Assembly (NCBI RefSeq): GCF_002571385.2
Contig: NW_019218117.1
Location: 234,568 to 298,567 of the forward strand
From: Stylophora pistillata
Taxonomy: Eukaryota
DNA: 64,000 bases
Reading direction: 5' to 3'
The position numbers and the translations under genes were made by a program. The notes below the pieces were generated by a model, which saw only the letters and a list, made by a program, of their open reading frames with translations, was not told where the DNA came from and searched no databases. This document shows positions 12,001-22,538 of this stretch, piece by piece. Every line of letters starts with the position of its first letter. Position 1 is the stretch's first letter.

Positions 12001-15000
12001 ATTAGGCCTGTGCTTAACTCCAGTTTCTGTAGCACAAAGCAACTAGGAGTATTTCTACTCCCCCCTGGATGGGATGCCAGTCCATCGCAGGGTTACCCCC
12101 AGCATTAAATTGCCGGTACCCATTTAAACACCTGGGTGAAGAGAGGCATTGTGAGAGTAAAGTGTCTTGCCTAAGAACACAACACAATGTCCCAGCCAGG
12201 GCTCAAACCCAGACCACTTGATCCGGAGTCGAGCGCACCAACCATGAGGCCACCGTGCCTCCACCCTGAAGTACGTGTACCTTCTATCATTGCCTTGCAA
12301 TGCTCGGAATATCTTGAAAATTCAACAAGTACAAAAGGATCTGTCCACCAGTTGGAAAATTTCTTTCGCCTGCCGTGTTTAAAATAAGGGAGAACACAGG
12401 GGACACCTTTTGGCGTTCTTTGGTAGGACACTTCATTGGTGTATTGTCTCTCTCCTTCCTTGAGTATAAATGAGAACACTGACACGATGGTGGGGTTAGC
12501 TTGGAATGGAAAAACATCCCATCTACAAAACATGGCTATACAATACTCCTTATTGCCACATGCTTGTAAAATCAGGAATCTTAACAATAGTGGGAACACT
12601 ATTAAACAGCTAATTAAAATAAATTTATATTTGTTATGATTAACTTACCTGAGAGAAAAAAACTGTAAGATGAGTTTCACTAGCAAGAAGCCATATTGGA
12701 TACATTGGAGATTTCAAAAAGTTCCCAACCTGTGATATCATATTTTCGAAAAAAAAGAAAAAAGAAGGAATAAGAATCACATCAAAATATTCCTTGAGTT
12801 ACAACGTTTAACTTGTTAACAAATAGAACAAATAGCACTTTATCAGCATACTAAGAAACTATGGACATAGAAAAATATTTTCAGAAATGGCTTTGACACT
12901 TTACAGCCTAACATCAGAATGCACATTCTCTATACTGTTCTATATATTTCCTAAGGTGCTGACAAGAAGAATTTGTTTTACAATCAAGAGCTTCTTTAGT
13001 TGGTGATCATTTCCTTCAATCTCATGGTTTTAATGTTGGATTCAGGGGTGAAACTGTATAAAAAGAGAAATTTGATGCTACTCACTCTCAAAGATATATT
13101 AGACAAATTAAAGCAATGCAGCACAGACATAAAAATTGGCTGGACAAGGCCAGCTTACAAACTCACCTCACAGTATCGATGAGCTTCTAAAAGTGTTAAA
13201 AATCCTATTGAAGACTGCTTAGGAATACCTCTTAATTCTACAGAAATAAAGAAAGCCATTTCATATACCTTGACCTTTTTAATCCCAAAATCTAAATGAT
13301 TGTGAATTCTCTGCACTCTTAGCTGAAAAATTTGTTTTCATTTGAGATCTCAGAATTTGATGGTCAATCATCCATTATAGTTGATATTTTTCTTTAAATT
13401 TCCCATTTTCATTTTCTCATCAACTTTTGGCCAGAAAAGATTTTGATTTTGTCACTAGTAAAATACTGCAAACACCTACCCAGGCCTGAAAGTGTTCTTG
13501 AAGAATCCCACACATTTGATACTCTATAGCCAGCCAGCATAAGGTTGATGAGGGTTTGACTTAAGAAAGAAATAGGAAAAGTAATTTATTCTCAGCATAT
13601 AACATAAAAAAATATACAATACTGTAAAGTACACGTTCTGTGAATCATTTCACTCCCATGATCTCTCTTAGACTAGTAATTCTCCCTTCTTTTTGCCATA
13701 CACTGCTTATCATTTTAGTACAGGGAATTTAGTATTGGATCTAATGATGCTCTCTATTAGAATTGATATTTTACTATATTCTCATCACTAGTCTAATTGA
13801 GATCTACAACTAACACCCCTACTTGATAATGGAGTCAAGATAACTTCGAAACGCCGTAGTTTTATTCTTCTAATATTTATTATCAAACATATTAATATTG
13901 TAAGGAGAAAGTATGTCTTGGTCACTGCAGGGAGTAAAAGGATTAAGGAAAGAAATAATTAGTTCTATATCATAGAAAAATATACAGTACTGTAAAGTAC
14001 ACTGTCTGTGAACCATTTCACTCCCATGATCTCTCTTGTAACAAACCTTCCATGACCAAAACTCTCATCCACCAGCGGTTCACCCACATCTTCCATTTCG
14101 GACTTGATATTTTCTAAACCCTATCAGTAAAACCAAATTTTTTAACTTGCAATACCTTAACTTACATATTGATTCTACTTTTCAGTACTAAATCTCCTTC
14201 AATACCTGATGGTAAACTTATCAAAATAAATCCTACAGAGTTTCATAAGACTGCCAGCAAAATAATTTAGGATTCAGATTGTAGAATTGTACAAATAACG
14301 TCCCACAAAATTGCCTTAACCTGTCCTCGCAACAGGTTTTGAATTTGTGAATCAACAGTATTAAATTTACGAATTTCAGTCTCCTATTCATTAGCCCTTT
14401 ACCGTACTAACATCAGAATGTACATTCTCCATACATTTCTTTATACATTTCCTTTGGAACTAACAAGAAGAATTTGTTTAACAATCAATTGAAACCTTCT
14501 TAGGTTGGCAATCATTTCCATTTTTTTCTCATGATCTTTATGAATGATTCGGCAGTATTACTACAAAGAGAAATAAGATGCTGGTCACTTTTAGGGTTAA
14601 GCAAAGAAGCAAAGATATATCCAGGAAAGTCAGGTCAAGACAGGTTGCTGTAAGTTAATGTACCTTTGTCAGTAACACTGAATATAGAAATAGTAGCACT
14701 CCAAAGCGACCTTCTAGCATGGCTATGTTTTTATTAACAACTTGTGCGACATCCTCTGAAGCATGGCATTGAACCTGACTGTGAGAAAAAATAAATATTA
14801 ATTATGAGTTGAAAGATGTTTTAATTATACACACTTCTTTTTCAGACCTGTGGCCAGAATGGAATCCTCAGTCATACTTTTTTCATGGAAATAAGTTCCA
14901 TTTCAGGATGCCATAGATANNNNNNNNNNNNNNNNNNNNNNNNNNNNNNNNNNNNNNNNNNNNNNNNNNNNNNNNNNNNNNNNNNNNNNNNNNNNNNNNN

Positions 15001-18000
15001 NNNNNNNNNNNNNNNNNNNNNNNNNNNNNNNNNNNNNNNNNNNNNNNNNNNNNNNNNNNNNNNNNNNNNNNNNNNNNNNNNNNNNNNNNNNNNNNNNNNN
15101 NNNNNNNNNNNNNNNNNNNNNNNNNNNNNNNNNNNNNNNNNNNNNNNNNNNNNNNNNNNNNNNNNNNNNNNNNNNNNNNNNNNNNNNNNNNNNNNNNNNN
15201 NNNNNNNNNNNNNNNNNNNNNNNNNNNNNNNNNNNNNNNNNNNNNNNNNNNNNNNNNNNNNNNNNNNNNNCTAGTAAACAGAATGAAATTGTTGTAACAT
15301 CTAAAAACATCTAAGATGTCACTAGCCGCTTGGCTAGTAAGTTGAAAAGTTAGTGTTGAGCCCTGGGGGGGTTGGGTCTTGATGTATGATTGTGTTAGTG
15401 ATATTCTTCTTTTCTCTCGAAGGATAATGTGGAGTGCACCCGCTATTGTATATTTGTGGGTCATTCCACATCATTGCTTATTCTTGGATTTCCCTCCCAA
15501 AAGATGATGAGTATTCTTGCGGATAATTTAAATCTGCACCACAGCCAAATTAATATTCAGAATGTACTAAGAACAAAAAAGTGGCAAACAAGGCAAGGCA
15601 GAGTGTGTAACAGACATTCTTACTGCATTTTTGACACCTTCTGTGATCAAATCCAAGGCAACATATGATACATTAAATATGACAGCAGAGCAAAAATTTG
15701 CTAATTATGACCTTATCTAAGTGAGCATCTGCCCTCCAATGGGTCATATGAGCAAATCAAAATCTGTGCTTAATTCAGCATTGCTAAGTGGAGTTTGTGT
15801 GCCTGTGATATCCAAGAGCTTCCACAGCCAGCCCCTAGATGGAGACTGCTCCTATGGCTAACAAATCCTGGCAACCCAGCCATGAGCCCCCCAATGCTGG
15901 AAAAGGAAACAGGCACCTATCACACTGAATACACAGTGGAAAGAGGGAGGGAAGGGGGTAAGAAAAACTGCCTGGACGATGTGCCGCCACTCCAAATAAT
16001 GCTGAAAATTCATGCTCAAAGCACGCATGTGCTTATGCAAAAACCATCGACTACTAGTAACAGAACACTGAATAGATACTCTTTGTTGTTAACTCCATAA
16101 AATTACATTTAACTGCATTTGACAGCATACAGTCAAAAACGATTAAGAGAAAGGATTTCTGAGACTATGACTAGTGACACACATTCAAATGATTCCATAA
16201 TCCCTATCAATTCCTACAAGAGAAGAAAAAAATCAGCCATCAGAGACTTATTATAAACCAATTAGTACCCGGACTGTTAGATGAAGCACGCTCCTCACTT
16301 TCTGTGTCTGTCTTTTCAGCTGTCATACACGATGTGAACACCAGGTGATCCCTGAGAAACACCAGGGTAAATTTCTCAGTTTTGACATTGTTAAGCATCT
16401 CACAAAGAGAGCAAACAAGTAATTGCCTTGCTTGCTCATCTGTTGAATTTAACAGAACCAAGTGACAGATTATGCTATGTGACAGTAATCCTATGCACTG
16501 TTTAAGGTAAGATTTGATTCCTGATTATGACACCCGAAAATATTCAATCTCCACCACAGTTCAAATAAAAATATCAAGTAGAGAGTTAACAAGAATCAAG
16601 AAAGTAGTCATCTACAAATTAAGTATACAATTATTTTGAACAAGAAAACAAATTCCTAAAATTTTGTCAACAATGATGTCACTGCAGCAGTAGTTTTATC
16701 CTGGAGAGTCAGTGACATCTTGAACTACATGTAATTTATCTAATTTCCAGAAGGCTAGATGTAAGAGTATATATACATTATATTTTCACTTCTAAAATCC
16801 AAAGGTCCTTAAAAGTTACAGTGTTTGAGAAGGAAAAAGCATGATTGCCATTTTCTTTACAAGAACCTTGCCAGCTATTTAATTCATGCAACAAACAAAA
16901 CTAACCTGTGAGTTGTCTCCAGTTATCAGGGGCTGGTGTTTCTTCTACAAAAAGGATATTCTTTAAAATGAAAGCCTGAAAATGAAATAAAGAAATAAGA
17001 ACCCATGTTATATAAAACTGTATGAATCTGCTGTAACTCAAAGGGCTCGGTCACTTCTTAGATAAAATTAATGCAAAAACAGTCACTAGGAGACTTAATA
17101 TTTCTTAATATTTCTTAAAAGAAGAAACAAGAACTCAAAAGCATCATTCTGTTCCTAGTATATATTTGCTAATTATGGATACTTCAAATGAATGTGCCAA
17201 TAGAATACCCATAACAAGGGTTTTATTGAGGGCTGGGCACTAGGCAAATTTACTGGTTGTGACGATGATTTTGCTCACCTGGTTTGACCATCTAGAGGAA
17301 AGTTCATTTTATGAAAAAGTTCAGGTCAAAAAGTTTTGCCTGCTTGTAAAAACCAGTTGCCTCCCTAATGAAAATGTTAACAAATCCCCTGGAATAACAT
17401 TAATGTAACATTAATTTTTAAAAATCCCAGCTGTTCAGAGGCAAACAAGTTAAACTTGCAAGTGAGACCACTTAATTTAATTTAATTTAGTCCCTTTTCA
17501 CTGCATTAAGTTTTGGAGTGGGGAAGGACTAGAAAGGAACATAGGAACCATTCGTGCTANNNNNNNNNNNNNNNNNNNNNNNNNNNNNNNNNNNNNNNNN
17601 NNNNNNNNNNNNNNNNNNNNNNNNNNNNNNNNNNNNNNNNNNNNNNNNNNNNNNNNNNNNNNNNNNNNNNNNNNNNNNNNNNNNNNNNNNNNNNNNNNNN
17701 NNNNNNNNNNNNNNNNNNNNNNNNNNNNNNNNNNNNNNNNNNNNNNNNNNNNNNNNNNNNNNNNNNNNNNNNNNNNNNNNNNNNNNNNNNNNNNNNNNNN
17801 NNNNNNNNNNNNNNNNNNNNNNNNNNNNAGTCCACTCTCCCACCCATCCCACCCCAGGGGAGGACATCCATCACACAGTAATCTCGTGTGTGGGAAATTA
17901 ACGTCTCCTACCCCAACCCTGCAGGAGACGGGACCTCCATTTATTTATCACTATCCAAGAAGACTAGAATACCTAACCAATTCTTGATGTTATAGAAAGG

Positions 18001-20995
18001 TAGCAAATTCTTCTCAATTATTTTAAGACCCTGAGTGTTGGTCCAGCTGGGGCTCGAACCCTCGACCTTTCCACACTTGGGAAAAGTCAGCATTAATCCT
18101 CTTAACTACGGTCCATTGGAGAGAGTCAGTATGGTACTATATTCACCTGGACAGATGCTATGATAGCACAAGGTCCTCCTTGTTCCTGAATAAGAGCACT
18201 TGGTTCCAATGTAGAAAAGAGAAAACCTACAAGAAATACAACACAAGAAGACACAACCATTACATATCAAGCATGTCTACTTATTTCATACACATCCTTC
18301 AGGGCTCCACACTAACTTTTCAACTTACTGTAGCCAAGTGGCTAGTGACAATTTAGATATTATAACAATTTCAGCTTGTTAACTACCCAAACTAGCTTGT
18401 GGAAGTCAAAAACCACCAGCTAAAACTGAATTCCTACTAGTCTGCGGCTAGTTGGCTTCCATTACTGTCGAGCCCCGATCCTTTTTATTTCATTTATTTC
18501 AATTCGTTATGGTGGGTTGGGCTCCTCATTGTCTTTGTTTCACACTCTTTAAACCCTTATATCAGTATGCAAGTTCTCCATACTGTTTTACATACATTTT
18601 CTATGGTGCTTACAAGGAGAATTTGTCTAACAATCAAGGGTTTCAATATAATTGGAGTGATACTGTTGGGGAGAGTTGGATGTTTACAACTCTTAGAAGT
18701 TAAAGGCTTATGACACCCAATCAAGATTCACCTTCTGATTACAAACTAAAAAGGAAAGGTAAATGCATTAGAGAATGGGCATGTACTAAAACCTGGAACA
18801 CCGGAACACCCCAACACCCCAGAACACAGGAACACAATGCCAGAACACCATGGAACACCGGAACACCCAGGAACACTGAATTTGACAATGTAAAAAAATA
18901 AAATGTAGATGTAATTTGTTTACCCACGTAACATGAAAGAGCTTAGAAGCAGGCACTAAATATATAGTTTCTTAATGTTTCTTATCTTATTTCTTTGTGG
19001 TATAAATAAATGTTATTGTTGTTCCGGGGTGTTCCGGTGTTCCTGGTCTTAGTACATGCCTAGAGAATAAATAAATAAATTCGTCTTTATTAAATAAAAT
19101 AAATTTGTCTTTATTAAAAAACCATCCAATAAAATTACATATCTGATGTTACAGTAAAAATATATATTGAAAGGAAAATTTACAATGATTAAATTGAATA
19201 AAAATGATTAAAAATGATTAGAAATACATATGGGGTGTTTACACAGCTGGACTATATTTAAAAATTAATCTATTAAAAAAGCTATGTTTAAAACGTTCAG
19301 TGTTAATGCTGGGCCTGACAATGGATTTCCTTCGAATGTTTACAATATAGTCTTTGTACCTTGGGAGTAGGCTTTTTAATGGATGGTCATCATGTTTGAG
19401 GTTATAAAAAAGGCAATAAATGATAGGTTTTTTATCAATCCTGGCAGGCATGGTATCTCAGCTTTTTTATAACTAGTTTTATATNTTTACCGCTCGTCAG
19501 TGACAGGAAAAATGGACAAATTCACTTTCTGTTTGTCGTGACACGAAAAGGGATTACAGTAATAAGACACAGAATCAGCTTGTATCATTTTACGCCGCGC
19601 GATAGAGGAGCAATTTCGAAACTAGGTGACTCGTGCTTCACGGGATTTGCAAACTCGCTTGGTCTGACGGCTTCGTGTTTTCATCTGCTTTCCAGCACTT
19701 CGTTGTTTGGGAAAGAAATTTCCTTTTTAAATCCGAGACATTTTTTACTGTGCGCTGAAACTGGATTACGAATTAGATAAGGCAGAAGTAAACGATTTAA
19801 ATGCATTTGTGGTCTTTATTTTACTTACGGTTGCGAGAGTGGAGAGAGAGGGGGGGAGGAGAGAAGGAAGAACCCTATAAGAGTAAAGGAAAAGGAGACA
19901 TTTGAACGATTCAAATTTACTCTTTCAAGGCTTGCACGTGCACTCTGATGGATTTTATCCTATTGTGTGTTAAGTGTTGAGACTTGCTTGGTACTGTGAA
20001 ACTAGTTTATAGTGTATAACACTTTATTTGTTTATTGTTTTAATTTTGTTTGTCGTCCTTTTGGCAAAAGTCTGATAAAGTATGAAGGCGGGTGACGTTT
20101 TTATAGCTCAAATTCTTGGTATTGATTTCATTTCCCTGTTTTGCAGGTTTCTTCGACTACCCAAAGCTAGATACCAAGGAACACGATCGCCTTAATTAAG
20201 CAGGAGGCTGGAGACAAATATCAACTTTGGAGAGAAAGTAAAATTGGATCGATCCCCGAGTCAGAGAATAAAATGAGAAAATTGGGTTCGATGTGTCCAC
20301 CATCCCCCACCACTTCAACCTCTATTAGACAGTTTATAAAGGTTATCTACCTTTGAAGGAAACCTACAGTCTATTTCTCACTCTAACCCAAGGGAAAAGG
20401 TCGAAACATTGTCTTCATTTTCGGACTAGTAGGCCGAGTTTCCATTTGTATCCATTGTTGTCGCGAAATATGTTATTTTTCCGGCTCATCCTCGGTGTAA
20501 AAACCTTTAAAGCTCACGAGTGACGTAAAACAAAGACAACAAAACATAAACAATAACGTACAGCAGAACAATACCTCATGAAACAAAGAAAACCTCGTCA
20601 GGTTTTTACACCAAGGATGACCCAAAAATTTGATACAAATCTTTAAATTTGTTCCCCCCCACTAAAAAACTGCTCAGATCCGATACTATATATCAGACTG
20701 CAAAAATTGTTTTAATTAGACAACCAAGATTTTCAAATGTAAGAGTTTCGATCCAAAGGTTATGTAGGATTATGTCGATGTCACGGAAGGCATTAGTAAA
20801 AGTGAAAGTTGAAAATGTACCATCCATAGCTTCACTCAGGGATCAATTACCTATACCCAATAAATATTTGGAGACAATACCTTGAGACCACCTTTCGAAT
20901 ATCTCCTCTTTTATGTTTGCTCCCCAGACAAGACTTAAAACTTCGTCAAAATTTTCAGACGACATGACCCGGCAAACGTCTTCGTCGTCCGCCAT
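9067..20995 (-). CDS. MINDY3: Ubiquitin carboxyl-terminal hydrolase MINDY-3 (FAM188A), ~15 exons
   Basis: Phase-consistent GT-AG exons: 20881-20995 (MADDEDV...LVWG...FERWSQ), 18147-18226 (GGPCAIIASVQ, catalytic Cys), 16906-16975, 16269-16439, [one exon unresolved at or near gap 14920-15270], 14664-~14778 (FGVLLFLYSVLLTK), 14047-14120 (FGHGS), 13480-13559 (QTLINL...SNVWD), 13167-13237 (GFLTLLE), 12649-12729 (PIWLLASETHLTVFF, catalytic His), 11609-11681, 11396-11468 (DNGFI...LDLVSDPEY, EF-hand insert), 10871-10958, 10303-10386 (FHYNGL), 9067-9210 (CLKTKWP...PSLN*). Confidence 0.95.
9711..9916 (-). mobile_element. tRNA-SINE copy (5' part), in a MINDY3 intron
   Basis: Reverse complement of the 1409-1610 head and body (ACCGCCTCCCGGTTAGCTCAATTGG...). 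Confidence 0.8.
11986..12263 (-). mobile_element. tRNA/CORE-type SINE with a ~16-bp target-site duplication
   Basis: Minus-strand head GGAGGCACGGTGGCCTCATGG...GGGTTTGAGCCC, then GTGTTCTTAGGCAAGACACTTTACTCTCAC (CORE-like). Flanks CCCTGACGTACGTGTA (11970-11985) and CCCTGAAGTACGTGTA (12264-12279). Confidence 0.8.
17838..18074 (-). mobile_element. tRNA-SINE copy, partial
   Basis: Reverse complement of ~1455-1688. Confidence 0.8.
18300..18477. mobile_element. MITE with CAGGGCT...AGCCC(T/C)G ends (hAT-like)
   Basis: Same family at 45994-46163 and, inverted and cut by the gap, at 15271-15365. Shared internal AACTTTTCAACTTACT...GCCAA.TGGCTAGTGA. Confidence 0.7.
18777..19060. mobile_element. Non-autonomous DNA transposon with GGAACACC subterminal repeats and an 8-bp TSD
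   Basis: TIR GGCATGTACTAA(A/G)ACC(T/A)GGAACACCGGAACACCCC at both ends; TAGAGAAT duplicated at 18769-18776 and 19061-19068. Confidence 0.8.
19067..19430 (-). mobile_element. 3' fragment of a non-LTR retrotransposon (CR1/L2-like ORF2 C-terminus and tail)
   Basis: Translation HPLKSLLP...RPSINTERFKHSFFNR resembles the conserved LINE ORF2 C-terminal P-x-x-x-T-x-R-F-x-x-SF motif, followed by AATAAAGA and a (TTTA)n tail. Confidence 0.65.
20486..20620. mobile_element. Short MITE
   Basis: TCATCCTCGGTGTAAAAACCT and AGGTTTTTACACCAAGGATGA form inverted termini. Confidence 0.6.
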
Positions 20996-21109
20996 GTTTA
21001 AAATAACCTACAATGCAATGCGAACCGTGAAATTGATTTACAGGCCAGCGGTGTTGTATCAGACCGCCATCTTGATTCTCTGGAAAGAGTGTTGGTGTTC
21101 TTTGCAGAA
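20996..21109. promoter_or_regulatory. Compact bidirectional promoter, MINDY3/NDUFA8
   Basis: Divergent ATGs at 20995 (-) and 21110 (+). YY1-type CCGCCAT(C/G)TT motifs at 20989-20998 and 21064-21073. Confidence 0.65.
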
Positions 21110-21496
21110 ATGGCTACTGGGGTCAAAGACATTCAATTCAAAGACCTGGAGGTCGAAGAAGTAGAAGTAACATCAGCCGTTTTGATGGGAGGTGCCCATC
21201 ATCTTGGGCAGTACTGTGATAAGGATTTCAAGAACTTCATGGGCTGTCGATATGGCCACAAGGACCCGCGTAAGTGCTTGGACGAAGGAAAGCAAGCAAC
21301 AAAATGTGCCCTAGGTTACTTTAAGAAGCTTAAGGATCATTGCAATGACGTCTTCACCAAACATTGGACTTGTCTTGACTACAACAACCAGGAATTTGGT
21401 TATTGCCGGGCGACGCAGAAGAAATTTGATGCCTGCGTCTTGGAAAAGCTTGGATTGGAATGCACACAGCCTGTTCATCTTGAACTGTACGATTGA
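21110..21496 (+). CDS. NDUFA8: NADH dehydrogenase [ubiquinone] 1 alpha subcomplex subunit 8, intronless, 128 aa
   Basis: VTSAVLMGGAHHLGQYC...FMGCR...KDPRKCLDEGK...HCNDVFTKHWTCLD...CRATQKKFDACVLEKLG, with four CX9C-type cysteine pairs. AATAAA at 21713-21718. Confidence 0.95.
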   Translation: MATGVKDIQFKDLEVEEVEVTSAVLMGGAHHLGQYCDKDFKNFMGCRYGHKDPRKCLDEGKQATKCALGYFKKLKDHCNDVFTKHWTCLDYNNQEFGYCRATQKKFDACVLEKLGLECTQPVHLELYD

Positions 21497-22538
21497 TTTG
21501 GGTTGTTTTTTATCAGTTGATATATAGGTTGAAAGTTGATCTATATGACACCCTTAACTTTAAATTGTGATGAGCACGAAAAAAATCTGACTTGTGATGG
21601 TTTTAAAAGTGTTTCTGTAATCACTTACAGTGTGTCCAGGCAAAATGTATATAATGTACATTTAAGGATGCATATGCTGTTTGCAGGAAATTGTTGGATG
21701 TTTTCGTAAAGGAATAAAGTTTTGGTGGACTATCTTTTGAAAATTTGTTATATCTCTTTAATAACAATTTCACTGCCAGCTTGAATGTGAAGCATGCAGA
21801 ACCGGGTTATTATTTGTCCCACATGAGCAACTAACCATTTTATTCAGGGTTAGAAAGGAAAACCCTCCCTATGTAATATTGGCTTTTGCAAATTAATGAC
21901 ATACCCTCTAAATTATTTAATGTTTACTAGCCCCTTATATTATCATGGTTCACAATCTTAGGCATGATCAAATTTGAAATTATAACTCTTATTCTTTGAC
22001 ATCTCTCATCAACTGCAACAAGAATCTTTATTGAAAAAGAAATTAAATGAGTGGTTACAGCTCTACAACAGGAGACCAAGGTACCACACTGTGGACCTTC
22101 ATTCCTTGTTTATCTCTTAAGTTCAGAGAATTTCATAATAGATCAACCAATAATCCCCTACATGAAAATCTCGTTATGAGTAAATAATTTTGGTTATTTG
22201 ACTGGATCACAAGATTGAAAATTATTATCTAATGCACTGATGTTGAGTGACAATAAAGAAATAATGACAAATAAAAAGTTAAACGAGGAGCGTTTTCTCC
22301 GTTACTAAGAGTTGACTGTCGCGAGAATTTTTTTTTTAAACCATTTTTTTTTCTCAGTATAAGTAGCAAGAATTATTCTCACGAAATTTGGATCAGCTTT
22401 CTCTTTGGCATTGTTTTGCTCTCCTCTTGGCGCACGTGTCCCATATATCCCCTCCCCTACTTTCAATGGAAATAACGCAAAAAGCCAATCACACAGCCCA
22501 CTTGAAAGGACTCGCATTTCATTCGTAAACAAAAGAGC

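Noticed and set aside
21098-21107. Spliced-leader trans-splicing acceptor before NDUFA8
   Set aside because: Only a short pyrimidine-AG match; nothing in the window supports trans-splicing over an ordinary short UTR.
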